DNA from: Octopus sinensis
Taxonomy: Eukaryota
Length of the DNA: 64,000 bases
Assembly (NCBI RefSeq): GCF_006345805.1
Contig: NC_043014.1
Coordinates: forward strand, 930,001-994,000
Direction of reading: 5' to 3'
The notes under the pieces were generated by a model, which ran no database searches, was not told the origin of the DNA, and saw only the letters and a list, made by a program, of their open reading frames with translations. Position numbers and translations under genes: made by a program. Of the stretch, positions 13,293 to 24,301 are shown piece after piece (positions within the stretch are counted from its first letter, which is position 1; each line of letters opens with the position of its first letter).

Positions 13293-13741
13293 CACCCCTT
13301 TGTATCCTGTAGAAAAACAACCAAAAAAAAATGAGGTCTAGGAACAATGAGGAAGGATTTGGTGGTGATGGTGTTGGTGCACTAATTAGGTACTTGACAC
13401 TATTTTCACATATAATGTGTTGAAGGCAGAAGCATGGCCATGTGGTTATGAAGTTTTCAGGTTCAGTCCCACATCGTGCCACCTTGGGCAAAGGTCTCCT
13501 ACTGTAGCCTTGAACCGAGCACCACTTTTTGAGCAGAATTGGTGCATGGAAACTAAGAGGAGCTCGTGTGTGTGTGTGTGTGTGGATGGTGTTTCCAGAT
13601 GTCCTCATTAAAATACTCTGTGAATATTTTAATTAAATCTGTTATAATCTTAGCTTTTCCAGGACCCTCTCCTTCCGCCCCATGCATACACAACCACACA
13701 ATATGCACATCTTTGTTACCATGGTGATGTCTTAATTACAG

Positions 13742-13907
13742 GTGAAAGAGCTGGTGCATTCACCCTCGTCTGTTCTGATGCTGATGAAGCTGCAAGAGTT
13801 ATGTCCCAGGTGAAGATCATTATCCGACCCATGTATTCCAACCCTCCAGTCCACGGTGCCAGACTCGTGAAGACCATCCTCACTACACCTGAACTTAATG
13901 CACAATG
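13742..13907 (+). CDS. GOT2: GOT2 coding exon (166 nt)
   Basis: tacag/gtaagg; (G)[54 protein letters not shown](W). Confidence 0.96.
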
Positions 13908-13981
13908 GTAAGGTGTTTCTTTCTCTTTCTTTTCAATCTGTCACATTCTTAATTACTCTGTTGCTGAGTTACAAGCCTTTA

Positions 13982-14468
13982 CAGAAATTACTCCTACTTG
14001 GTCACCTAGGTAACGGAAGCTACCAACTACTTCTAGTTTTTCTCCCTGGAATGTGGTGGAAGTTGTTCTCTGCACATTTTCAGTGTTTGTTGCTCCTGAG
14101 TATCTGCCACATACAAAAACTATCTTCCCAGTTAGCCTTCCTTTGATATTGCTGCACCTCTTATGTGTCCATAGCTTACACTGGGTACATCTTATGGAGT
14201 TTCTACCTACGCCTTTTCTATAGATTGAGCAGGGCCATCTACATGAAGAGATTTGTGGGCTGTCTGCTTTCCTACTTATTAGGACTTTGGTTTTAGCTAG
14301 GTTGACTCTAAGGCCCTTCGATTCTAATCCTTGTTTCCAGACTTGAAACTTTTCCTTTAGTTCTGAAAGTGACTCAGCAATTAGAGCAAGGTCGTTGGCA
14401 TGGAGGAGCTCCCAGGGGCATCCTGTCTTGAATTCCTCTGTTATTGCCTGGAGGACTATGATAAACAA
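13982..14468 (-). mobile_element. RTE-clade LINE reverse-transcriptase fragment, antisense in a GOT2 intron
   Basis: LFIIVLQAITEEF..PWELLHANDL (degenerate YADDL), GLRVNLAKTKVL, Cys/His finger, FRYLG. Confidence 0.85.
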
Positions 14469-14588
14469 TGAAAAATCAAACAGAGAAATGAGACATGCAA
14501 CATAAAGAATATTCCCCTTCATCAGTTGCCCCTGTTTCATCCACTCTGCATTTCGAAGGTAAGGACAATACGCGACTTCATTGAAACA

Positions 14589-14629
<41 letters not shown>

Positions 14630-14886
14630 CGCAGAGTAGATGAAACCAGGACACCTGATGAAGGGGAATATTCTTTATGTTGCATGTCTCGTTTCTCTGT
14701 CTTTTCGTTGTTTGAAAAAAAAGTTTGTTTTCTATATTTTTGTTTTTTATGTTTTCATTTCTTGTGTTCAACGGTTTTTTGATGCCCTGTACCCATATAT
14801 GCATGTATATATACATGTAGATGTAGGTATGTACATATATGTATGTATATATGCATATATTTATATATTATTTATATATATATATA

Positions 14887-14976
<90 letters not shown>

Positions 14977-15028
14977 ATTATGTCTATATTTAAAATGACT
15001 GTGATTACGTTTGTGTTGTTGTTTTCAG

Positions 15029-15179
15029 GTTGACCGAGGTGAAAGGTATGGCTGACCGTATCATTGGTATGAGAACGAAATTAGTGGAAGGTTTGGCTAA
15101 AGAAGGTTCTTCCAAGAACTGGCAACATGTCACTGACCAAATTGGTATGTTCTGTTTCACTGGATTAACACCTGAACAG
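15029..15179 (+). CDS. GOT2: GOT2 coding exon (151 nt)
   Basis: ttcag/gtacgt; (W)[50 protein letters not shown]. Confidence 0.96.
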
Positions 15180-16292
15180 GTACGTCATCATCTTCCTCTT
15201 GCTGTTGTGTCTGTTGGAGAGAGGGTGTCACAGTGTGGTAGAGTGGGTGGTGCAGTGTTGTGGAGTGGTGTTGTAGTACGGTGCAGTAGAGTAGTGTTAG
15301 AGTGTTGTTGGAATGGAATCCATGCCAGAAGTCTGTAGTTAATAAACTTGCCTAAGGCTGCTAAACAGTGTAAAGTGGTTACCATAGTAGTATAAACACT
15401 GGTGTGTCTGTGTGTCTCTGTGGGGTGGGAGGTAGAGGCATGTAAGTGATGTGGCAAAGAAGCAGTTGCCAGACCAGGCTGGAGCAAAGTTGGTGGACGA
15501 AGGGCAGATAACTCTTCGGTCCTTAATGTCCAGCACTCAGTTGTCAGGTGAGAGGTCAATCAGGGTCTGCCATCTCCAAACAGAGGTCCTCTCTCTTTCA
15601 TATTGTCAGTGGTCACGTGAATGTAGAAGAGAAATAAAGGGAGAAGGGTAAGGGGGGAATAGAGAATAGAAAATGTGTGAAGTTGGTAGGGGTCGGGCGG
15701 GGGGGGGACAAAATAAGGTCCAGTCCTTGTGTTGGCAGTGGTCTGCTCCATGCTGACCTCACGCACATTTATAGATCACATACACATAAACACACGGGCG
15801 CCCACTCTCTCTCCACTCACCCTCTCTCCTATTCCCCGCACCATACTCACCATGCTTCCAGAGATGACATTCTGTCTGACTGACCCTCTCTGCTCCATAC
15901 ACCTCACCATTCAATGCCATTCACTTTAATTTGGGATGGTATTTTAAACTGAATTTTTGAATGGACAGAAACATTGTGGAATGGAGAGTGGAGCAGCCTC
16001 CCTGGAGCTGGTTTCATGGTAAAAGGCAACCATTGAACTCTATGAAGTGGTCGGTCTCTGGAAGGGTGGCCGTCTGTAGAAAACAACACCAAATATGAAC
16101 ATACAAGAAAGATGTCTTTTGACCTGACCAGGAAGGCAGGGGTCCCCCCCCCAAAAAAAATGAACTGGCTCAGACCCTGATGGCTTGTGCAGTGCATAAA
16201 ATGGTAACGTGGGTGACATTGGACTCTCCCATTGAAGAAGATGTTTGAGTGTTCAGTTTTTGCTGAACGATCTGCAGAATTCATTTGTTTCT

Positions 16293-16618
16293 GTGCCGGT
16301 GGCACATAAAAAGCACCATCCGAACGTGGCCGATGCCAGTGCCGCCTTGGCTGGCTCCCGTGCCGGTGGCACGTTAAAAGCACCAGCCGATCATGGCCGA
16401 TGCCAGACTCCCCTGGCACCTGTGCCGGTAGCACGTAAAAAGCACCCACTACACTCTTGGAGTGGTTGGCGTTAGGAAGGACATCCAGCTGTAGAAACAC
16501 TGCCAGATCAGACTGGAGCCTGGTGCAGCCCCTGGCTTCCCAGACCCCGGTCGAACCGTCCAACCCTTGCTAGCACGGAAAACGGATGTTAAACGATGAT
16601 GATGATGATGATGATGAT
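16293..16618 (+). mobile_element. V-domain SINE family copy in the last GOT2 intron
   Basis: Three gtgccggtggcacgtaaaaagcacc modules, core and (GAT)n tail. Confidence 0.8.
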
Positions 16619-17027
16619 CAAGTGCTGTGTATTAGCTCACTCTCTCTCCATCAAATTGATGCTGCCTGGACAGGTGCTACAGGTGTGCCATGCGTCAGGC
16701 ATCGAAGTGATCGCAGATCGAGGTGAGATGAAGTGTTTTGCTCAAGAACACAACAGACCACCCGGTCTAGGGACTGAAATCAGGGTCTTGTGGTCATGAG
16801 TGCAACACCCGAACCCCTAGCCCATGCGCCCTCACACATGTATGCACACACACACACACACACACACATTGCTGCCTTTCTCTCTCTAACTTCTGACCGA
16901 CAACATTTGATGTTGGTGGGGGTGGGTCAGCTCACCTGTCTGGCCTAATACCAAGGGAGACCACTCTGACAGGCACAGGCATAAACACACACACACACAC
17001 ACATATACAGACATATATATATATATA

Positions 17028-17283
17028 TCATCATCATCATCGTTTAGCGTCCGCTTTCCATGCTAGCATGGGTTGGACGGTTCAATTGGGGTCTGGGAAG
17101 CCAGAAGGCTGTATCAGGCCCAGTCTGATCTGGCAGTGTTTCTACAGCTGGATGCTCTTCCTAACGCCAACCACTCCGTGAGTGTAGTGGGTGCTTTTTA
17201 CGTGCCACCCGCACAGATGCCAGACGGAGCTGGCAAACGGCCACGAACGGATGGTGCTTTTACGTGCCACCGGCACGGGGGCC
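17028..17283 (-). mobile_element. V-domain SINE family copy, inverted relative to 16293-16618
   Basis: Reverse-complement match to the copy 400 bp upstream. Confidence 0.8.
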
Positions 17284-17591
17284 AGGCGAATATATATATA
17301 CACATGCACACACACATATACTTACATACATACACACAAGTATTGAGAGTTTGTTGGTTGATTAATCCTCTGTGTGTGTGTGTGTGCTTATGCATGTATT
17401 TCTATTAATAAAGGATTTGTAACATAGGAAAGAAGATCACAGTTCTATTTAACTTTGAGACCCTCTGTAGTTGATGCATATATATATATATACATGTGTG
17501 TGTGTGTGTGTGTGTGTGAATTAGTATTCACGTTGATTAAAAACAAAAGTTAATTATGTTCCTGTTTAATTTCTTTCTTGTATCATTGTAG

Positions 17592-17714
17592 GTTGGACGT
17601 TTGACAAAGGAGTTCTCCATCTATTTGACAAAGGATGGTCGTATATCCGTGGCTGGAGTATGCTCCGGCAATGTTGATTATTTAGCCCATGCTATACACA
17701 CAGTAACCAAATAA
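17592..17714 (+). CDS. GOT2: GOT2 terminal coding exon (123 nt including TAA)
   Basis: tgtag acceptor; [40 protein letters not shown]. Confidence 0.96.
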   Translation, partial: VGRLTKEFSIYLTKDGRISVAGVCSGNVDYLAHAIHTVTK

Positions 17715-18038
17715 TTAATTTTATACACCCTATACAGCGCTCTGTATTTCTTCAACTCCCTTCTTGCATCTGTAATCCTATCTTACTGAAAGAGCTGTTG
17801 GAAGATTCCATTCAAAGAACTGTTTGGAAGATTCCATTCAGTTTTACATACTTCTACCCGCGGTAGATTAGAACTGTCTTAGAAGGTGGCACCACTTAGC
17901 TCAGCTTTCAACTCCAAATACATGAACAAAATCGATTTCAAGGAAAGCCTTTTTTTCTAATTATACACACACACACACCACACACACACACACTCACATA
18001 TGTATATAAATTTTTGTTTTTAGAAGAAATTTAAAAAA

Positions 18039-18076
18039 AATAAACCAACAAACCCCTTTTGTGATGGATAAATAAA
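18039..18076 (+). promoter_or_regulatory. Candidate GOT2 polyadenylation signals (AATAAA at 18039-18044 and 18071-18076)
   Basis: Two canonical hexamers ~330-360 nt after the stop, followed by T-rich sequence; usage not verifiable from DNA. Confidence 0.45.
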
Positions 18077-19789
18077 TTTGACAAACAATTTTCTTTTGGT
18101 GTTGTTTTTTCTCCCCCAACCTTTTTTGTTTTTTTTATTTACAAGTTTTCAAATCCTGATGATGGCTTTAACAACAGCTAAAACTGAATCCCTAATCAAC
18201 TCCTTTGTTTATCTCCCTTGCTGCTGGCTGATAAATATGGTCTATTTTCACAATGAGATTAAACACAAACCTTCTCTTTAGCAGGGCACCTGCTCCTGTT
18301 CCTCTTAGCTTTTTATTTCTCAATGCTACACCCCACTTAGTTGAGAGAGTGGGGGTGGGGTTTTACCTTGCAGGTATTTGGTGACCCTCATTGTTGGTGA
18401 TGATGTCAGGTGAAAAGCACCCAGTACATTACAGTGTTAGGAAGGGCATCCAGCTGTAGAAACTCTGCCAAAGCAGACATTGGAACCTGGCACAGTCCTC
18501 TCGCTTGTTTGTCCATGTTGAACTGTTTAACACCTGCCAGGATGTGGGAAAAAGGATGCTAAATGTGTTGATGAAATATATGTGTGTGTGTGTATCTTTC
18601 ACCATCCTCATCATTTATCATCCGTTTTCCATGCTGGCATGGATTGGACGGTTTCACCAGAGCTGGTAAGGCCAGGGACCACACCTGGCTCCACTGTCTT
18701 TTCTTGCAGGCTTTCTACACCTGGAGGCCCTTATATATATATATATATATATATGTAAAAATCTTAAATAGTATCCAACTGACAACAATGTAAGTTTTAA
18801 GTTTCAGGGAAGACATCCATCTTGGTTTGAATGAAACTAAGCTCCTTCAACTCTTTTTCAATCATTTGTTTTTCCTCCTTCCACATCAAAAAGTGGTTGG
18901 TGGTAATATACGAGAATTTCAGAGGAAACATATTATGTGTGGACAAATATGTTTCTTGTGGAAGGTGTGTTAACTCAGATCTAAGTTGTGGCCCATGTAT
19001 TGTCAGGAATGTTTAAATTGAGTAAAATGCTAAAAGAATTAGGAAGTTTCTAGGAAATTGTGTAAAGTTATAAGTTGGTATTCATGATGCAGGGGTCAAT
19101 TGGAATGTATAAAACGGCAACTCAATAATAGGCCCTGAGGATTGATGTGGTTCACCTCCTTCACTTTCACCCTGATTATTAAAATGTAAGAAAAACTTCC
19201 CTAGCTTTTCTAGGTAATGTCCCTGACAGTTACTGAAACAGAACAATCATCCCCAGGTATTTTGTGAAAATAAGCTACTGTTTTGGTCCCAGGATGAAGA
19301 CAACCATCACAAGTAAATCCATTAAGAGGTTCGTTCCAGATTCTACGTTCTGAAATGCAGAATGTTGTCCATTAGATCAAGCATGGAACACGAAGTTGGT
19401 GGTGGATGAAACTGAAATTGCTAAACCAAACAATGAAAAAGAAAAGTTACATTGGCACATATGAAGGTGAGTTTAAGGTAAGTTAGAATCATGAGGCAGC
19501 CTTCAGACACCATAATAAAAGTAGTTCCATGACATGAACAAGCTACATGTGGACATTGGGAGAATAAAACGCCAGCTGCAGCAACAGTCTCTTCAAATGC
19601 TAGAAGTCACAGTTTTTGCACAACAGAAACCGGGTCATCTGCTGCTCAAATCAAAGATCTTCAAAAACTAAATTTGAAAAATGGGATGGTCACCAGATGT
19701 ATTCACCTGGGTAAATTCATCCTGACTAATTGGAAAAGGTCACCTACAACACTACGACTCATGAACTCAGCTGAATACACCCTCTACAC

Positions 19790-20008
19790 CAGTGGTTTTC
19801 AACCAGGGTTCTGCAGAACCTTAGGGTTCCGCCAGTACAGTCCAGGGGTTCCGCAAGAAGTTACAAAACTGCTAAAATCGGCAGTAATATTTAATTCTCC
19901 TGTGCAGATATGTGTGCATAAGACTATTAAATTATTGCACAGGGGTTCCTCGAGCCAGTGGAATGTTTCTTTGGGGTTCCGCTCCAGCAAAAAGTTTGAA
20001 AAGCACTG
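19790..20008. mobile_element. hAT (Charlie-like) MITE
   Basis: TIRs cagtggttttcaacc / gtttgaaaagcactg; 8-bp TSD ctctacac / gtctacac (7/8 match). Confidence 0.8.
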
Positions 20009-20173
20009 GTCTACACTCTCGTCTTTCAAACATCCAGTGTTTATACTAAGCTATGCACACACACACAACCCCGACAATGCAGATACAACAGATCTACCTA
20101 AAAGTACCAACAGCCCTGGATGTTTTAACATTCCTATCATCCTCAACAAAACAAAACAATTTGAGATAATGCA

Positions 20174-20382
20174 GGCACAGGTGTGGATGTGTGATAAGAA
20201 GTTTGCTTTCCAATCTCATGGTCCCAGGTTCAGTCCCACTGCATGGCACGTTGAACAAGCATCTTCTGTTATAACCTCGGGACGACCAAAGCTTTGTCAG
20301 TGGATTTGGTGGACGGAAACTGAAAGAAGCTGTCGTGTGTGTGTGTGCGTGTGTGTGTGTGTGTGTGCGTGTGTGTGTGCGT

Positions 20383-20413
<31 letters not shown>

Positions 20414-20451
20414 CGTGTGTATGTGTGTGTGTGTGTTGCGTGCGTGTGTGT

Positions 20452-20482
<31 letters not shown>

Positions 20483-20690
20483 CCTGTCTTTGTGTCTGTC
20501 CTTTGCCGTCACTTCACAACTGGTGTTGATGTGTTTATGTCTCTGTAACTTAGCAGCTCAGCAAAAGTAATCGATAGAATAAGTACCAGGCTTTAAAAAT
20601 AAGTATGAGATAGATTCGTTCAGTTAAAACTCTTCAAGGCTGTGCCCCAGCATGGCCGCAGTCTAATGAATGAAACAAGAAAAAGATAAG
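20174..20690 (+). mobile_element. CORE-type SINE with expanded internal (GT)n
   Basis: Head, core, (TG)n/(TGCG) and tail all present. Confidence 0.75.
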
Positions 20691-21104
20691 AAAATCCATG
20701 CGTAATTCGTTCAGCAATTTCCTCAACTCGCTGACAAGGGTTACAACTTAGATTTGGGTAAACCTGAGTTGCTACCCCTCTCCCAATAAATGCATTTGCT
20801 CGCCCACAACACGTCTGCTTAGGAAATCTTGTAGATTATGGTCGGTCATTTGAGGTACGGAATGAGGTAAGCTGGAAAATGAAAAGTGTGGCCTGAGCTA
20901 AATGTCTCCCCTGGGGCATCAAACTTAAGCTGTTGCCAGATATCATTTAAAATGCTCTTTCTTATAAAATATTTATTACTTTGGAATGTTTTGAGTTTTC
21001 AGTTGCTGATCCCATCAACAAATGAACTGTATGCACGCATGCGCGCGCACACACTATTTATAAAGTGGCAATTAAAGCAAACGATATATATATATATATA
21101 TATA

Positions 21105-21496
21105 TACTAGCAGTATCGCCCGGCGTTGCTCGGGTTTGTTTCGACCCTTTAGAATTGGAATGTTCGAAAAGTAAAAATTTTGCATTATGTAGCTTGTTAT
21201 TCTCTTTAAGTGAACATTTTCCTGGTTGAAATACACCGAAAAATGGCGACACAGCAGTCAAAAAATCGTAAAAAATAGGGATTTTCATAGAAAAATGCAC
21301 CTTTTTGATGTAAATAATTTTTGGTGTTAACATGGTCTGATTTTAATTTTTTTCTTCTAAGGAATGAAGAGCAAGCCTTCTATCATACTCTCCATTTTGG
21401 TCAACTTGCGCCACAGGGTCCCGGAGGAGATAGTGTTAGTTGAAGGCTACCAAACCTGCCATACACAGACAACTTCAGCTTTATATATAGAGAGAT
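21105..21496 (+). mobile_element. Non-autonomous Helitron-like element
   Basis: 5' actagcagtatcgcccggcgttgctcgggtttg (short hairpin) and 3' ctttatatatagagagat; identical 5' end at 45520. Confidence 0.55.
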
Positions 21497-21639
21497 ATTC
21501 ATTAGGTTGGAACTCCATATATTCCATTTCACCCCGACTTAGATGCCAGGGAAGAAATTTAATGCTGTAGCGAAATTTCGCGTTAAAAGTTTACTGGTTG
21601 AAATGGAGAATATAATTTAGAAATGTCTAGTTATAAGCG

Positions 21640-22190
21640 CAAGCGTGGCTGTGTGGTAAAGACGTTTGCTACCCAACCATGTGGTCTTGAGTTCAATCCC
21701 AATGTGCGGCAACTTGGGCAAACATTTTCTATTATAGCCCCAGGCCTACCAAAGCCTTATGGGGGATTTGGTAGATGGAAACTGAAAGAAACCCTTCGTG
21801 TTCATACATACATACAAATATGCGTACATACCTCAAAATTGGAAATGAGTGTCAACGTTCTAATCTGGTACTCTTGAAAATTGTAAAGAGATTCCTCTTT
21901 ACACAAAACCTTTAGTAACCTTGGTAACTCACAAATAAAGAGTATTCATCCACCAAAACGGTGTTGAGCACTCATTCTCACTATTTGATATTAGTGTGTT
22001 TGTGTTTGTTTCCACCACTGCTTGACAGTGTTGGTTTGTTTACATCCCCATCACTTAGTGGTTTGGCAAAGGGAGACCAATAGAATAAGTACCAGGCTTT
22101 TAAAAAAAATTAACGCTGGGGTTGATTTGTTCGACTAAAACTTTGAAGGTGTTGCTCCAGCATGGCCAAAATCCAATGATTGAAATGGAT
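21640..22190 (+). mobile_element. CORE-type SINE, diverged or interrupted
   Basis: Head and core at 21640-21810, tail at ~22000-22190. Confidence 0.6.
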
Positions 22191-23085
22191 AAAATATTGT
22201 AACGTCTATACACGTGTTTCAGTGAAGATTCTAAAATAATTATGGAAGATTCCATACACAATCCTTTATTTCACGTCACATCACGAGAAATCGTTATGAG
22301 ACATGAAGGATTGCACAGGGCTGATCTTACGTAACCATTTCCAATCGTCGCTGAAACTCATGTAAAAATGTCATAATTATTTTAAAGTATTTTTCATATT
22401 TTTCAGTTTTTACCTTGTATACATGTTTCTTTCAAATTTTTAATCAGCAGAAGTTAGAATGTGACTCGAAGGTTTTTATTGGACTTAATAGACTCACTTG
22501 AAATTTGGTGGCTGCCCCCTCGTTATCGAGTATGGCCATTGCACGAAGCTTAATCAATGTTGTTATCGTGCAATGCCTGTGCAAGAAGATTTTTTTTAAA
22601 GTGAGGAAAGGCTGAGCACTGAGTCAATCTCACTCACTAAGCAGCCTTAACCCGAAAAGAAGAACAAGTCAACATCATCGGTAACCACTGAGCTGCAGGT
22701 TTTATATCGGAGTTATCCCAGTTACCTGAGTTACCTTCTCCTAGAAGGATGCCCTGACAAAGGCTAGGGGTCCTTCACTCCCAATGGTTTAACCGTGCGA
22801 TCGGGTATTCAGTCCGATTATTTCTATGTCCCCGCGCATGATACAGCCTTAAGACATTTATTGGATCGCCGTTGACTCTCAAGAGTTCCTCCGCCCTTTG
22901 ACGGGTTTTGTTTTTCATCCGGCAGGGTGTCCAATAAACACCCTCCTCACCAAGCAAGCTTGGTGGGGTTGCCGGTTTAGTCGCCGACGACCCGACCATA
23001 CAACAGGTTGCACTGTGTTACATGTTACCAGTAGCGACTTGAAATATACATACATATGTACATACACAAGGCTTTACTTCACGAT

Positions 23086-23150
<65 letters not shown>

Positions 23151-23304
23151 AAAGTAAGTCCTCAACACCAATCGCTGTCATAAAACCGTTAATTACTCAC
23201 GAATTCAACTTACTCAAATCTTTGCGTAAGTTGAATAAAAAACGATTTTCGTTATATACGGGAGTGGACCGAGATCAAATGCTGTGGTGGACGAGGGCTA
23301 TGCA

Positions 23305-23368
<64 letters not shown>

Positions 23369-23894
23369 TATTAAACAGTCTTGTAGAGAAGAGATATGGA
23401 GAAGATGTGGGATGAAGGGGTGTTCTATAAGTGGAGATACGGAAGGGGAGAACCGCTGAGACTTGGATGAGGCGGATCAGAAGATACTAAAGGATGTGAG
23501 ATCAAACTGGATTAAAAGCTGACCATATGGAATTGGTGGATCGAACAAAGGGAGAGATAGAGGGGAGGGTTCTAACAGCTTGAGGTCTTTAATCATGAAA
23601 ATGGAGGAGGGTGGGAATAAATAATACTTTTGACTCGAAACATTGAGATTGTGAGAGGTCAAAGTTTCAAATTTGAGACATGAATATGACGGATTGATCT
23701 GTGCTGTGGGTTTGAAACATCGAGGTCGTGTGTTGGACAGTGACATCTTGCTGAGGCAAAGAGATGGCGTAAACTGAAACAATTTGGTTGGTTTTGGATT
23801 ATGAGGAGGACGGGGCGGGGGGAATCACAGAAGTGGTGTTCAGAAATGGAAGGCGTGGATGAAACAGCTTTGCCAATTCAGTATGGTCAGATCC

Positions 23895-24035
23895 TCATCA
23901 CCATTGTTCGGCCGTGGTCGAGACAATGGAATTCACTATGTTACGCCAGACTTCACGGTCCATCATGGCATTACGGAGGTCCTGTTGCTGGATGCCTGTA
24001 TCCCTGGAGATTACATCAGATCCTAGCTTTCTTCA
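23895..24035 (-). mobile_element. LINE 3' end (RTE-like)
   Basis: Minus strand reads DVISRDTGIQQQDLRNAMMDREVWRNIVNSIVSTTAEQW* followed by tgatga; typical D-R-x-x-W-R LINE C-terminus. Confidence 0.7.
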
Positions 24036-24230
24036 TAACTTCCAGTGGATTACTCTCCTTAGGTTGTCATGTCTTCTTCTTCTTCTTCTTCTTCTTCTTC
24101 TTTCTTCTTCTTCTTCTTCTTCTTCTTCTTCTTCTTCTTCTTCTTCTTCTCTTAAGGTGGCGAGCTGGCAGAATATTTTCACTCTCCTTCCTTCTCTCCT
24201 TCCCACTTCTCTCTCTCTCCTCTCTCTTTG

Positions 24231-24301
<71 letters not shown>

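Noticed and set aside
14521-14670. Type II hammerhead reading of the ccttcGAAA...GTA...CTGATGAaggg repeat
   Set aside because: Stem I and stem III do not pair acceptably in either copy; kept only as an inverted repeat.
18160-18200. CTGATGA followed by a small stem downstream of the GOT2 stop
   Set aside because: No GAAA after the stem and no stem I partner.
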